Shown: piece by piece, positions 1 through 9,372 of the stretch | How positions within the stretch are numbered: position 1 is the stretch's first letter | Layout: every line of letters starts with the position of its first letter | Made by a program: the position numbers and the translations under genes | From: Dehalococcoidia bacterium | Lineage (GTDB): Bacteria > Chloroflexota > Dehalococcoidia > Lucifugimonadales > GCA-2712585 | Length of the DNA stretch: 64,000 bases | Assembly (NCBI GenBank): GCA_965208725.1 | Contig: CBDBPI010000002.1 | Location: forward strand, 936,427-1,000,426 | Direction of reading: 5' to 3' | Notes under the pieces: generated by a model | What the model was told of the DNA's origin: nothing | Seen by the model: the letters and a program-made list of their open reading frames with translations, nothing else | The model's database searches: none

Positions 1-3
1 GTA

Positions 4-1128
4 GTGCTGGAGCGGTCGGTTGAGGAGACGGCAGAGGGTCTGGAGGCGGACGGAGAGTCGTACCGCAAGCTGTTTGGTCCTATGGCGGCACACTGGGACA
101 AACTCGTCGCCGATACAGTGGGCCCCTTTCGTGTGCCGCGGCATCCGCTGGTGACGGGACGATTTGCGCTGCACGGACTGCGTTCGGCGGTGTCTCTGTC
201 CAACGCCCGATTCAGGGGCGAACGGGCCAAGGCTTTGTTTGCTGGGATGGCTGCTCATTCGATGCTGCCGCTTGAACGACTCGTGAGCGCAGCGTTCGGG
301 CTGGTATTGGGGGCAAGCGGTCACGCCGTCGGCTGGCCGATGCCGAAGGGAGGAGCTCAGCGCATTTCGGATGCGTTGGCTTCGCATCTGGTCTCCCTGG
401 GTGGGCGAATTGAAACAGGGGTGACGGTCAAGCGCATAGAGGAGTTGCCGGAGACACGGGTTGCCCTGCTAGACGTGACGCCGAGACAGGTGGTTGAGAT
501 GGCGGGAAGTCGGTTGCCGGGCTCCTACAGGCGAAAGCTGGAGGGGTATCGTTACGGACCTGCGGCCTTCAAGATGGACTGGGCGTTGAGCGGGCCGATA
601 CCGTGGAGGGCAACGGAGTGTGGGCGCGCCGGAACGGTTCACGTGGGGGGCACCTTGCCTGAAATCGCCGATGCTGAGAGGGAGGTGTGGCTGGGGCGAC
701 ATCCGGAGCGTCCCTTCGTGCTGCTGAGCCAGCCAAGCCTGTTCGATTCGTCTCGTGCGCCACAGGGAAGACATACGGCGTGGGCGTATTGCCACGTTCC
801 CAACGGGTCCAGCTTCGACATGGCTGACCGCATCGAGGCGCAGGTGGAGCGATTCGCTCCCGGGTTCAGGGATCTGGTGCTGGCGAGGAGCGTCCGGCCT
901 CCGGCGGCGATGGAGGAATACAACCCCAACTACGTGGGTGGGGATATCAACGGCGGCGTTCAGGACTTCGGGCAGCTTTTCTCTCGTCCCACGAGTATCT
1001 TCAAGCCGTATTCCGTGCCATCCACCAACCTGTTCATCTGCTCATCGTCGACGCCGCCCGGCGGTGGGGTCCACGGGATGTGCGGGTACTTCGCCGCCAA
1101 AGCAGTCCTGCGATGTCTGAGTCGTTAA
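4..1128 (+). CDS. FAD-dependent oxidoreductase, phytoene-desaturase (CrtI)/amine-oxidase-like; N-terminus lies outside the window
   Basis: 374-aa ORF open to the left edge. The C-terminal half looks like CrtI-family flavoproteins (YVGGDINGG, terminal STPPGGGVHGMCGY FAD-contact motif). Motif recognition only. Confidence 0.55.
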   Translation: MLERSVEETAEGLEADGESYRKLFGPMAAHWDKLVADTVGPFRVPRHPLVTGRFALHGLRSAVSLSNARFRGERAKALFAGMAAHSMLPLERLVSAAFGLVLGASGHAVGWPMPKGGAQRISDALASHLVSLGGRIETGVTVKRIEELPETRVALLDVTPRQVVEMAGSRLPGSYRRKLEGYRYGPAAFKMDWALSGPIPWRATECGRAGTVHVGGTLPEIADAEREVWLGRHPERPFVLLSQPSLFDSSRAPQGRHTAWAYCHVPNGSSFDMADRIEAQVERFAPGFRDLVLARSVRPPAAMEEYNPNYVGGDINGGVQDFGQLFSRPTSIFKPYSVPSTNLFICSSSTPPGGGVHGMCGYFAAKAVLRCLSR

Positions 1129-1177
1129 GTTGGGTCGGGTTTCGGGTTGGTGAGGGGCAATCTGTTAGAATTCTGCC

Positions 1178-1921
1178 ATGTCCAGCTACGGTGTGACTCT
1201 CCTTTCCGGCGGACTCGACTCAACGACGGTTGCGGCTTACGCCAAGGAACGCGTGGACCATCTGTGGGCGGTTACGTTCCACTATGGTCAGAGCAACGCG
1301 AAGGAGGTCGACTGCGCGGCAAAAATCGCCGGGCTGATGGACATTGAGCACCGGCTTCTCGACATCTCCTTTCTGTCTGAGGTGGCCTGGTATTCCGCTT
1401 TGACCAATCCCGAAAGTTTTCCGACACCATCCGGGCGCACGGGTGAGGAAATTGGACACGGCGTACCGATTACATACGTACCTATGCGGAACCTGATATT
1501 TCTGTCGCTAGCCGCCGCTTATCTGGAGAGCCAGGCGCTGCACGCAATCGAGGTCGAAAGAGTTGCCGCATCCGAAGTTGAGGCTGTGGTTTACATCGCT
1601 CCCAACGCTTTGGACTACAGCGGCTACCCCGACTGCCGTCCAGAGTTCTACGAGAAGGTGCGGAAGACGTTTGAGGCGGGCAGCAAGCTATTCACGGTTT
1701 ATGGGGTGTCCATGAAGGTTGAAACGCCGATTATTCATCTATCGAAGGCAGAGATAGCGCAGTTGGGAGTGAGGCTGGAAGCCCCGCTGGAGCATACGTG
1801 GAGCTGCTACAGGGGTGATCCGATGCCTTGCGGCGAGTGCGATAGCTGCGTATTGCGGGCCAGGGGTTTTGCCGAAGCGGGAGTGCCTGACCCACTGCTG
1901 GTGAGTCTGGGCGCGGGCTAA
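1178..1921 (+). CDS. queC: 7-cyano-7-deazaguanine synthase
   Basis: LLSGGLDSTT PP-loop, YVPMRNLIFLS, DYSGYPDCRPEF and the C-terminal Zn-Cys cluster WSCY..CGECDSCVLRARGF form the QueC signature set. Confidence 0.9.
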   Translation: MSSYGVTLLSGGLDSTTVAAYAKERVDHLWAVTFHYGQSNAKEVDCAAKIAGLMDIEHRLLDISFLSEVAWYSALTNPESFPTPSGRTGEEIGHGVPITYVPMRNLIFLSLAAAYLESQALHAIEVERVAASEVEAVVYIAPNALDYSGYPDCRPEFYEKVRKTFEAGSKLFTVYGVSMKVETPIIHLSKAEIAQLGVRLEAPLEHTWSCYRGDPMPCGECDSCVLRARGFAEAGVPDPLLVSLGAG

Positions 1922-2013
1922 CGGCGCTTAATCGGTCCTTTCCAGTTCTACACGTGGATGCACGGGAACGCAGCGTCTACATGAATAGCGGAATTTCGAT
2001 AGAATAGGCGCTC

Positions 2014-3465
2014 GTGCTCGCCTCTCGCATATTCGATAAGCCCGCCTACAAGTGGTGGGTGTTTGCCGCAGTCGCCCTAGGGACGCTGACATCGGTGGTC
2101 AATCACGGCGGCATGGCCGTGGCGCTGCCGACCATTGCCCAGCACTTCGACGCGGACTTGTCGACAGCCCAGTGGGTGGTCGTCGCGGAGGGGCTGGCTA
2201 TCAGCGCGCTGATTCTCCCGATGGGCCGGCTGTCGGACATAATCGGGCGGAAGAGCGTGTACATTGCAGGCATGGCGATTTTCGCCATTGCCGCGATACT
2301 AGCGGCGGGATCGCAGAGCATCATTGCTCTCATCGCTTTCAAGGCGGCGCAGGGGCTGGGAGCGGCGATGACGCAGGGCACGGGAATGGCGATGATCACT
2401 TCCGTGTTTCCAGCGAAGGAGCGCGGCAAGGGAATCGGCGCCCACGCCAGCGTGGTGGGGACGGGAGGGGTTCTCGGACCGGTGCTGGGCGGGTTTCTGA
2501 TTACCACCTTCGACTGGAGGTGGCTGTTCTACGTAAACGTGGTCATGGGCGTGGTTGCCCTGGTCGCGATGCTGCTGATTGTGAAGGAGCATACATTCAG
2601 GCAGGATGCAGGGAGTCGCAGCTATGACTTACCGGGGGCGGCCCTGTCCACGGCGATACTGCTGACTTTCCTGCTGGCGCTTTCGAACGGAGCGAGCTTG
2701 GGGTGGAGTTCTCCTCCGATGATTGCGGCAGCAGCGGCTTTCGTGGTCCTGCTTGGGGCGTTTATCTGGTGGGAGGGTCGAACTTCGTCGCCGATGTTGG
2801 ACCTGGGGCTGTTCAGAAACAGGATCTTCGCAATTGGCATATCCACAAACTTCGGGTCCTTCCTGGGGAATAGTTCCTCCCGTTACCTGCTGCCGTTCTA
2901 CCTGCAGGCCGTGCTTGGCTTCACCCCCGCGCTGGTGGGCATTGTGCTGCTGCCCAATGCGATCAACAGGATAGTGATGGGGCCATTGAGCGGATGGCTT
3001 TCGGACCGGTACGGCTGGAGGCCGTTTAACGTAATTGGGCTGCTATTGTCCGCCGCCGGATTGTTCACCCTTTCCGCCTTGACGGCATCTTCTCCCATCA
3101 GCCTCGTGCTTGTCGGGATTGTCCTACAAAGCGCGGGCGCGGGAGTGTTCCAATCACCAAACTCATCCTCCATATTCAGCACGGCGGATACGAGCAGACA
3201 CGGAGTTGTGGCGGCTTTCGTGAATCTTTCACGCAATGCGGGCAACGTGACGGGGATTGCGATAGTGACGTCCATCGTGACGGGGATGATGGCGAGCCAG
3301 GGATTCGACTCCAACATCGGCGCCGTTCTGGATGCTCAACCGGGGTCTGGTCTGCTGGGCTCGTTTATGACAGGGCTGAAGACAGCGTTTTTCATTATGG
3401 GTGTGCTTCAGTTGGTGGGCGCGGCCGCATCGGTCTTGAAGAAGCGGACAGAGCCGACAGTTTAG
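2014..3465 (+). CDS. MFS efflux transporter, DHA2 (EmrB/QacA-like, 14-TM) type
   Basis: 483 aa, hydrophobic throughout with ~14 helices. Has the MFS loop motif GRLSDIIGRK after TM2. GTG start. Confidence 0.8.
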   Translation: MLASRIFDKPAYKWWVFAAVALGTLTSVVNHGGMAVALPTIAQHFDADLSTAQWVVVAEGLAISALILPMGRLSDIIGRKSVYIAGMAIFAIAAILAAGSQSIIALIAFKAAQGLGAAMTQGTGMAMITSVFPAKERGKGIGAHASVVGTGGVLGPVLGGFLITTFDWRWLFYVNVVMGVVALVAMLLIVKEHTFRQDAGSRSYDLPGAALSTAILLTFLLALSNGASLGWSSPPMIAAAAAFVVLLGAFIWWEGRTSSPMLDLGLFRNRIFAIGISTNFGSFLGNSSSRYLLPFYLQAVLGFTPALVGIVLLPNAINRIVMGPLSGWLSDRYGWRPFNVIGLLLSAAGLFTLSALTASSPISLVLVGIVLQSAGAGVFQSPNSSSIFSTADTSRHGVVAAFVNLSRNAGNVTGIAIVTSIVTGMMASQGFDSNIGAVLDAQPGSGLLGSFMTGLKTAFFIMGVLQLVGAAASVLKKRTEPTV

Positions 3466-3568
3466 GGCAGGCTTCGTCAGGGAATTACGGGTCAGGTTTG
3501 GGGTGAAACCCGGAGGGGAAGCCGGGATTCAAGCCCGGTGGTAATATGGCGTCAATTCGCGCAGTAGG

Positions 3569-3991
3569 TTGCGTCTGTTCAGGAGGAGTATCTTGATTGT
3601 TCTGATGGTGGCAACGGGAGGTCTAATCGGGGCGGTGCTGCGTTATCTGGCGGCAACTTGGGTGCAGGGCCCCGTGGGCGGCAACGGGTTCCCCTACGGG
3701 ACGCTTGCAGTGAACATTGTTGGATGTCTGGTGATTGGGGTTATTGCGGGATACGCAGAGGTGAGGCGACCCTTGAGCGCCGAGGCGCAGGCGTTTCTTG
3801 TTGTGGGGGTGCTGGGCGGGTTTACGACGTTTTCCGCCTTTGGGATTGACACCATCAACCTGCTGAGAGGAGGTGACTATCTGGCCGGAGCGGCGAATGT
3901 TGTCCTGCAGGTGACTTTCGGCCTGGTGGCGGTGGCGGTGGGCTTGAGACTGGCGCAGTGGAGCTTTGAGAAGCTGGCGGCGGGGCAATAG
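3569..3991 (+). CDS. crcB: Fluoride channel CrcB/FluC
   Basis: Small 4-TM protein with the GGFTTFSAF motif. The true start is probably ATG 3605 (MVATGGLIGA...). Confidence 0.85.
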   Translation: MRLFRRSILIVLMVATGGLIGAVLRYLAATWVQGPVGGNGFPYGTLAVNIVGCLVIGVIAGYAEVRRPLSAEAQAFLVVGVLGGFTTFSAFGIDTINLLRGGDYLAGAANVVLQVTFGLVAVAVGLRLAQWSFEKLAAGQ

Positions 3992-4088
3992 AGAAGTCCG
4001 TCAACGATCTTGACGTAAAAAGGGGAGAACCGCCTCCATCTGGCGGCGGGAAGGGGAAAGTTGGTTGTACAGTGCCGTCTACAGGCGG

Positions 4089-4349
4089 CTAGGAAGTTTT
4101 GGAGTCGATGAACTCAATCAACTGCCCGAGGTTCTTGAGCTCGGTGCACTGTTCCACGGCGAATTTGAAGCCGAATTCGTTCTGGAGTACGCGGGCGAAG
4201 GAGACCATATCCATAGAAGAAACGCCTTGTTCTCCAAGGCTGGAGCTCAGGGCCATGTTTGAGTCAACGGGCTTTCCGTCAACCTCGAGGTTTTCGCCAA
4301 TCAGTGTTCTAACTCTGGCTTCGGTGGATGCCATTTCATGTCTCTCCAA
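4089..4349 (-). CDS. Acyl/peptidyl carrier protein-like (phosphopantetheine-binding)
   Basis: 86-aa acidic protein. LGEQGVSSMDMVSFARVL matches the Ser-attachment helix of carrier proteins. Stands alone, convergent with crcB. Confidence 0.55.
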   Translation of the reverse strand: MERHEMASTEARVRTLIGENLEVDGKPVDSNMALSSSLGEQGVSSMDMVSFARVLQNEFGFKFAVEQCTELKNLGQLIEFIDSKTS

Positions 4350-4569
4350 GCAATTTCGGGATTTGTTTACTGTTAAGAGAATACCTAAATCGGCTTACTT
4401 CCGTCAATGCGACGGGGTCGCAAGTGAAAATGCTGATATTAGAGCGGCAGGGTCGCAAACAGGCAATCGGTAACCGGTGGCGTCCTGGTTGGGAGGGGTA
4501 GGTGGGTGGGGGAAGGCGGCGAGGTTATTAGCTGGGAATGGGACGCGGTTGGGTGAGAAGGGGGAGATG

Positions 4570-4585
4570 TGGAGCTGGGGGGACT
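4570..4585. repeat. attL-type direct repeat: copy of the 3' end of tRNA-Ala
   Basis: TGGAGCTGGGGGGACT is identical to 36381-36396. Confidence 0.75.
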
Positions 4586-4761
4586 AAGAATTAGCTTTGA
4601 AATGGGGGTATTTGGGGGCTTATTCCCACATTTGTTACCACAGTTGCCACTTGAAGTAGGGAGAGTGATTTGCTGGTGTCGGTGCTGATTGTGACGAGTT
4701 AGAGTTCATTGAAACTGATGGTCTCAGACTGAGCACTTGGCACGTACCCCGCTCGTTCGTC

Positions 4762-5157
4762 TCATAGGCTGCCTACAGATAGTTCGCGTGATCTTTCATC
4801 TGAGCAGGCTCTAGGGCTTCTTCGCAGCACGTCCTGCAACATCTGCTTGTTCAAACTGAGATCCGCAACCAGCTGCTTGAGCTTTCGGCTCTCCTCTTCC
4901 AGCACCCTCACACGCCTCGCCTCCGCCACTCCCATGTAACGTATCTCTTCTTCCAGTGGTATAAGCTCTGCTCCGCTATCCGCATCTTTCGGCAGATCAA
5001 CAACACCGGGGTTCCATTCCCGAATTGTTGCAGTGCAAAGGCGATTTGCTCCGGCGAATTGCGGGTCCGTAGCATGAAATGATACTCCTCTTCTCATTGT
5101 TTCATCATCCCACAAAACCAACATGCCGGTTGGACCAGATTTCTGCGTGCAGACCAC
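4762..5157 (-). pseudogene. IS3-family transposase OrfA fragment
   Basis: ...VLEEESRKLKQLVADLSLNKQMLQDVLRR is the IS3 OrfA leucine-zipper segment. No HTH start and no OrfB/DDE part follows. Confidence 0.6.
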
Positions 5158-5222
5158 AGGTCAATGCGAGAATAATTGATGCAGTTGAGTAAGAATGCTC
5201 GCCTATGCAGGGAGCGCGTGAA

Positions 5223-8200
5223 CTACCGCAATAGCCTATCCAATAGTCCCTCTAGAGGAAACCCATCGATTTCCCAGACTGACCTGGCGATGCTTATTCG
5301 CTTATTCCCGCCCCTCACGATCAGACTCACCCCATCAGCGCTCTTGTTGATAATCTGGCCTTCGGCCAGTTCAAGGTGATCAAGGTACTTGCATAACCCT
5401 TCCACACGTTCACCAATGTCCCCTACGAATCGCAGATCGTCCTTGACAACGTCCAAGGTTGGTTCAACATCCGAATCCACTGGAACGACACAGAGAAGGA
5501 AATGGTCCCCCTTTTCTACCGCGGTCCGCGCTTGCCGGGGTGTCATTCGTGCGTCATTTGAGCGGGTTGCCTTTACCTCCACAAGCCAGCAATCATTCTC
5601 TCTAGATATCTTCAACTGGCCTGCGTCGTCCTCTGTTTTGCCCTCAGCCTCATCTGATGCCAACTTGACCGCGAGGTCGGAGCCGACTCCGGTTCGCTCG
5701 ACAACAAACCCCTTCTTCTTCAGGGCTTTCTCAACAAGGCTTTCGACGAGATTGCCAAATTGCTGATTGCGACGAACCTCTTGCCGCTCTTTGTCGAGGT
5801 CTTCAAGGTCGTTAAGGATCCTCCCGTCTTTGCTGAGTAGCTCCAAGAAATTGGGAACTTTGTCCAGCAGGTCGGGTTCATTCCCTGTCGCGATCAGTAT
5901 CTTCATGAGCTTGTTGTCCACTTTAACACGGGCCTGGGCGTCCTCAGAAATCGACTCTCTAAACAGGTCAAAGCGAGAAACTCCAATGGCTTCAAAAAGC
6001 CTGTCGCCAATGGGATTGTCGGGAAACGGAAGTGTGTCGTCATGACGTCGCAACCGGCCGAGTGAATGAGCGGTCGGCGTTGCGTGTCGGTCATTGCCGA
6101 GTGGCACCCAGCTGTTTTCGACCACCGTCACCAACCATCGGCTCTGGTAATAGTAGTGATCGTCACCGCACGTGCAAGCTGCCGTATTCGTTTCCAATCC
6201 CTGGGCGTCATTCACAACCAACCATTCAGTTACGAAGCGCCAAAAAAGACAAGCACGACGCAGGCTCCTTCCGGCCCGCTCGATAGCTCGACCGCGTCCC
6301 CTGAGATAAACAACGTATGTTAAATCAACTTCCTCACGTGCTCTATGTTCCGCCCCCTCCGCCGACTTTGGCAGGGGCTCATCCGGAAGAAATCTGGGAC
6401 TAAACTTCCTCGATGCCATTATTGATGTTCTAACGATGTCTAGACCCGCCAGTGTCTGCCACACATTCGCGTCAGGGATACCAGCGTAAAACTCTGTTGA
6501 CAATATTCTGGATGGTGGGAAGAGTTCCGAGAATGGCTGCAAGTCTTCGTCCCAAGCAGGGACCGGGGCCAAGGGAATATCTTCGCCTTGCACCTCCTCA
6601 GTACCTAGCCTAACGATCTCTATGTCACCGCCCTCCTTCCTTTGTGAAAACCCAGGGAATCCACTTAGAAGATCCCACTTCTCATGCTCAACTATCCAAG
6701 CGAATGCACGAGTGCTGGCAAAGGTGAAGCTGCCGCCCAAATGGCCGCCCACGGCCATTTCGTTGAGCTTGGCAATGATTTCTTTGACTACCTCCCGGTT
6801 TTCTTTGACCCCCTTGCCGTCCTCGTCAGAAAGAGAAGCAAGACGTTTGTCACGAAGCTGCTCCCGCAGGTTTATATCAATGCTATCGGCTATGCCCTTC
6901 AGTTCTTCATCTATACCGCCGTCGCGATAAAGGCCTGACAGCTCACGAAGATGTCCTGCCTGATTCAGGATTATTTGCCGATTACTAACCTCCCCTGCAT
7001 GAACGCCGGCCCTAAGGAACGCTAGAACATCATCCAGCCATTCGGCGGCACCCACGCCTTCCACCAGGGCATTCTGGAGATTATTGAGGCTGCCGTAGAT
7101 CTGCCCATTTGACCCTATCGCCATACTTTCAATTCTGCAAGCGAGCATGCCTCCGTCGATTACGCCGCTGAATTCGGTTGAGGCACATTCCCTCAATCCG
7201 GCCCAGCTCTTCACCGCTCTGTTCCAGCCGGCGACCTCTCTCCGTCTTGGCAGCCTTGGACGCAGTGCTTTGAGACCACTTAACAAGCCCCAGAGAGCTA
7301 CAACGTCCTCGTCTTCTTCGGCGTTGGGAAGGACAGACTTCAAGGGCGGCAATGCACCTTCGCCATATTCGCAGAGGACTGCAGGAGTACCAAGTAAAGG
7401 GTTCAGCAGATTTTCAATGAGATGTCGACGGAGCTTTTCGGAGACCAGCCAGTCCCTATCGAGGATACGTGGCATCTCCGCCAGTACGAATACATCGTCC
7501 CAAGCCGACGCGCCCGCAAACTCAATCATCTGGATAAGCAAAGTACAGGCTTCCGCCACAACCTCCTGATTGGTGAGGTTGGCCTTGTCTTTGTCGTTCA
7601 GCCAAAGATTCACCCCGTCCCGGTCCTCGTCTGACGGGGTGAATTGAAAACTGTTGATCACGGCGGGGAAACTGAAGCTTTCTGTTCCAATCAGCGGAAG
7701 GCCTAGAAACAACTTTGGAGTACCTGCAGCCTGTAGACAGGATCTGGATTCCCCTATCCTCTGTGTCGGCACTGCAATAGAGGTATCACCCCTCCTGATC
7801 AGGAGAAACTTACTGTCGAGGGAACTGCTGGGACTTCGCCGCCGCACAGTAATTTCCTGCATTCCACAATCTTTTAGCTGTGTGCGTTCAGATACATTGA
7901 AACAGAAGGCTCCGTCTGGAGACTGAAGGTCTAATGCACTGAACTCTTCATTGAACGCAAGGATGAAAGGAGCCAACCTCTCTAGGCTGGAGATACCCTG
8001 GGTTACCACCTCGTCCCCTGCCCCATCTTCAACTGAATATCGGAACCTAGTCGTGAAACCGTGTGACAAGTGCACCGGATCTTCACACGCCAGAGAAGCA
8101 TTAAATCTTCTTGCCGATTCTCTCATATCGACATCTATTGACTGGATCGACGTGGGCACCCTTCGCACGGGAAAATTGAAACCCCGGCCGTCAACAAGCC

Positions 8201-8582
8201 GCCCCGAGACAAAGATCTCTCGGGAAAGCAGATGTGTCGTGAGCAACCCACTTCCATATTGCCCCAACTTCGATCTGTCCTCGGCCTTTGTTGATCCGTG
8301 ATAGATTATGCGAGCTATTTCTCTCCTTTCGAAGTGGCGCCCATTGTGTTCAAGCAGGACTTGTCCCTGGTCATATTTAACTGAGCACCTTAGGCTTCTT
8401 GGGCCGTCAGGTGCAGCGTCACGTGCATTCTGCAGCAGCTCCCATATCCAACGTGTTTGCACACGGTCCCGTCTTTCCTCCAGTTTCTTGAGGAGTTGAT
8501 ATACACGCTGCGCATTTGTCGAGGTGAGCGTGTCGCGCTCGATCTCATCCCAATCACGTTCGTCAAGCATTACCTTCTCCAA
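5223..8582 (-). CDS. Sacsin/Hsp90-like GHKL ATPase fused to a C-terminal DUF3883 (PD-(D/E)xK-like) domain, 1119 aa
   Basis: N-terminus has WIWELLQNARDA (ExxxNxxDA N-box) and GQYGSGLLTTH. C-terminus has GSDLAV...CWLVEVKAT...FLLCVV (D...ExK). Confidence 0.65.
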   Translation of the reverse strand: MEKVMLDERDWDEIERDTLTSTNAQRVYQLLKKLEERRDRVQTRWIWELLQNARDAAPDGPRSLRCSVKYDQGQVLLEHNGRHFERREIARIIYHGSTKAEDRSKLGQYGSGLLTTHLLSREIFVSGRLVDGRGFNFPVRRVPTSIQSIDVDMRESARRFNASLACEDPVHLSHGFTTRFRYSVEDGAGDEVVTQGISSLERLAPFILAFNEEFSALDLQSPDGAFCFNVSERTQLKDCGMQEITVRRRSPSSSLDSKFLLIRRGDTSIAVPTQRIGESRSCLQAAGTPKLFLGLPLIGTESFSFPAVINSFQFTPSDEDRDGVNLWLNDKDKANLTNQEVVAEACTLLIQMIEFAGASAWDDVFVLAEMPRILDRDWLVSEKLRRHLIENLLNPLLGTPAVLCEYGEGALPPLKSVLPNAEEDEDVVALWGLLSGLKALRPRLPRRREVAGWNRAVKSWAGLRECASTEFSGVIDGGMLACRIESMAIGSNGQIYGSLNNLQNALVEGVGAAEWLDDVLAFLRAGVHAGEVSNRQIILNQAGHLRELSGLYRDGGIDEELKGIADSIDINLREQLRDKRLASLSDEDGKGVKENREVVKEIIAKLNEMAVGGHLGGSFTFASTRAFAWIVEHEKWDLLSGFPGFSQRKEGGDIEIVRLGTEEVQGEDIPLAPVPAWDEDLQPFSELFPPSRILSTEFYAGIPDANVWQTLAGLDIVRTSIMASRKFSPRFLPDEPLPKSAEGAEHRAREEVDLTYVVYLRGRGRAIERAGRSLRRACLFWRFVTEWLVVNDAQGLETNTAACTCGDDHYYYQSRWLVTVVENSWVPLGNDRHATPTAHSLGRLRRHDDTLPFPDNPIGDRLFEAIGVSRFDLFRESISEDAQARVKVDNKLMKILIATGNEPDLLDKVPNFLELLSKDGRILNDLEDLDKERQEVRRNQQFGNLVESLVEKALKKKGFVVERTGVGSDLAVKLASDEAEGKTEDDAGQLKISRENDCWLVEVKATRSNDARMTPRQARTAVEKGDHFLLCVVPVDSDVEPTLDVVKDDLRFVGDIGERVEGLCKYLDHLELAEGQIINKSADGVSLIVRGGNKRISIARSVWEIDGFPLEGLLDRLLR

Positions 8583-9014
8583 GCACCCTCCAGACGAAGC
8601 ACAGATTTGTCAGGAATCCACCCTAAGGCCCTGGGGTCACCCCGTTCGGGTTTCCTCACTTTCGTATCCATCAGGGTAACACGTTTGGATTATGATTCTA
8701 TACTCATTCCCCGCCGAGGCAATAGCTGCTCCCATGCGCGCCAGGTACTGGGGGTCCATCTATCCAAGGGCATCGTCAATGACAAGGGGCATTCCACCGT
8801 CATTGGGGCTGAGCCATTTCCCCACGGCCCTGCTGCTGGTGGTCACAAGGCCATAAATCTGGTTACAGCTGAAAATGACTTGACAAAGGTCAGCCGGCTT
8901 CTGGGAATTACGTCGGCGAATTCCCAGATCATCAAAAATGTGTCAAGGGTGTCGCCGGTCAGGATAAATGTCAGTGTAGGTGGCCAGCATAAATGTCACC
9001 AACTTGATCTCTGA

Positions 9015-9200
9015 TCATAGCAGATCAAGAATCCTTGGGTCTGGGTTGATGCCCGGTTTTAGGAGGGCTCTTGCGTTCATGTACTTCTTCGCGGTGTCTC
9101 TGTGGATGCCGAGTTCCCGTGCTATTCCTCGAATCGACAGACCCTGGCGCTTCGCTCTCTGCACCGCCTTCCACCTGGCTGTCTGCAGCAGCGGCGACAC
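9015..9200 (-). pseudogene. IS21-family IstA N-terminal HTH remnant
   Basis: RWKAVQRAKRQGLSIRGIARELGIHRDTAKKYM matches the IstA HTH. It stops after 61 aa, and 8600-9014 shows only broken transposase-like frames. Confidence 0.5.
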
Positions 9201-9205
9201 TCTTC

Positions 9206-9364
9206 TTATCTAGTGCCAACCAACATTCCTAGAAAGGCCCCCATTGCAGCACCACCCAATATGCCAACTGGCATGTCAAGGCTCTGAATCTTTGCAGCCA
9301 ATATTCCCCCAAGAATCGCAAATGCAACCATACCAATCCCTGCTCCGACTACCATCTTTTGCAT
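9206..9364 (-). CDS. 52-aa glycine-zipper membrane peptide (below the 60-aa ORF-track cut-off)
   Basis: ATG preceded by AGGAGG at a 5-nt spacing. Translation: MQKMVVGAGIGMVAFAILGGILAAKIQSLDMPVGILGGAAMGAFLGMLVGTR. Begins 8 nt after the stop of the upstream gene. Confidence 0.5.
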   Translation of the reverse strand: MQKMVVGAGIGMVAFAILGGILAAKIQSLDMPVGILGGAAMGAFLGMLVGTR

Positions 9365-9372
9365 GGGGCCTC

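Noticed and set aside
1129-1177. preQ1 riboswitch upstream of queC.
   Set aside because: The gap is only 49 nt and has no A-rich tail or pseudoknot pattern resembling preQ1-I/II.
3466-3568. Fluoride (crcB-motif) riboswitch upstream of crcB.
   Set aside because: I could not find the conserved GGnGAUG...AACCGCC...CUGAUGAU core elements by eye. An Infernal scan with RF01734 would settle it.
3992-4088. Bidirectional terminator between the convergent crcB and the ACP-like gene (CCGCC...GGCGG around 4031-4055).
   Set aside because: The stem is short with no clear U-tract on either strand, which is not strong enough to annotate.
8457-9014. 185-aa plus-strand ORF spanning the 5' end of the GHKL gene and the IS21 remnant.
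   Set aside because: It overlaps the well-supported start of 5223..8582 and a region of broken transposase frames, and it has no motif.
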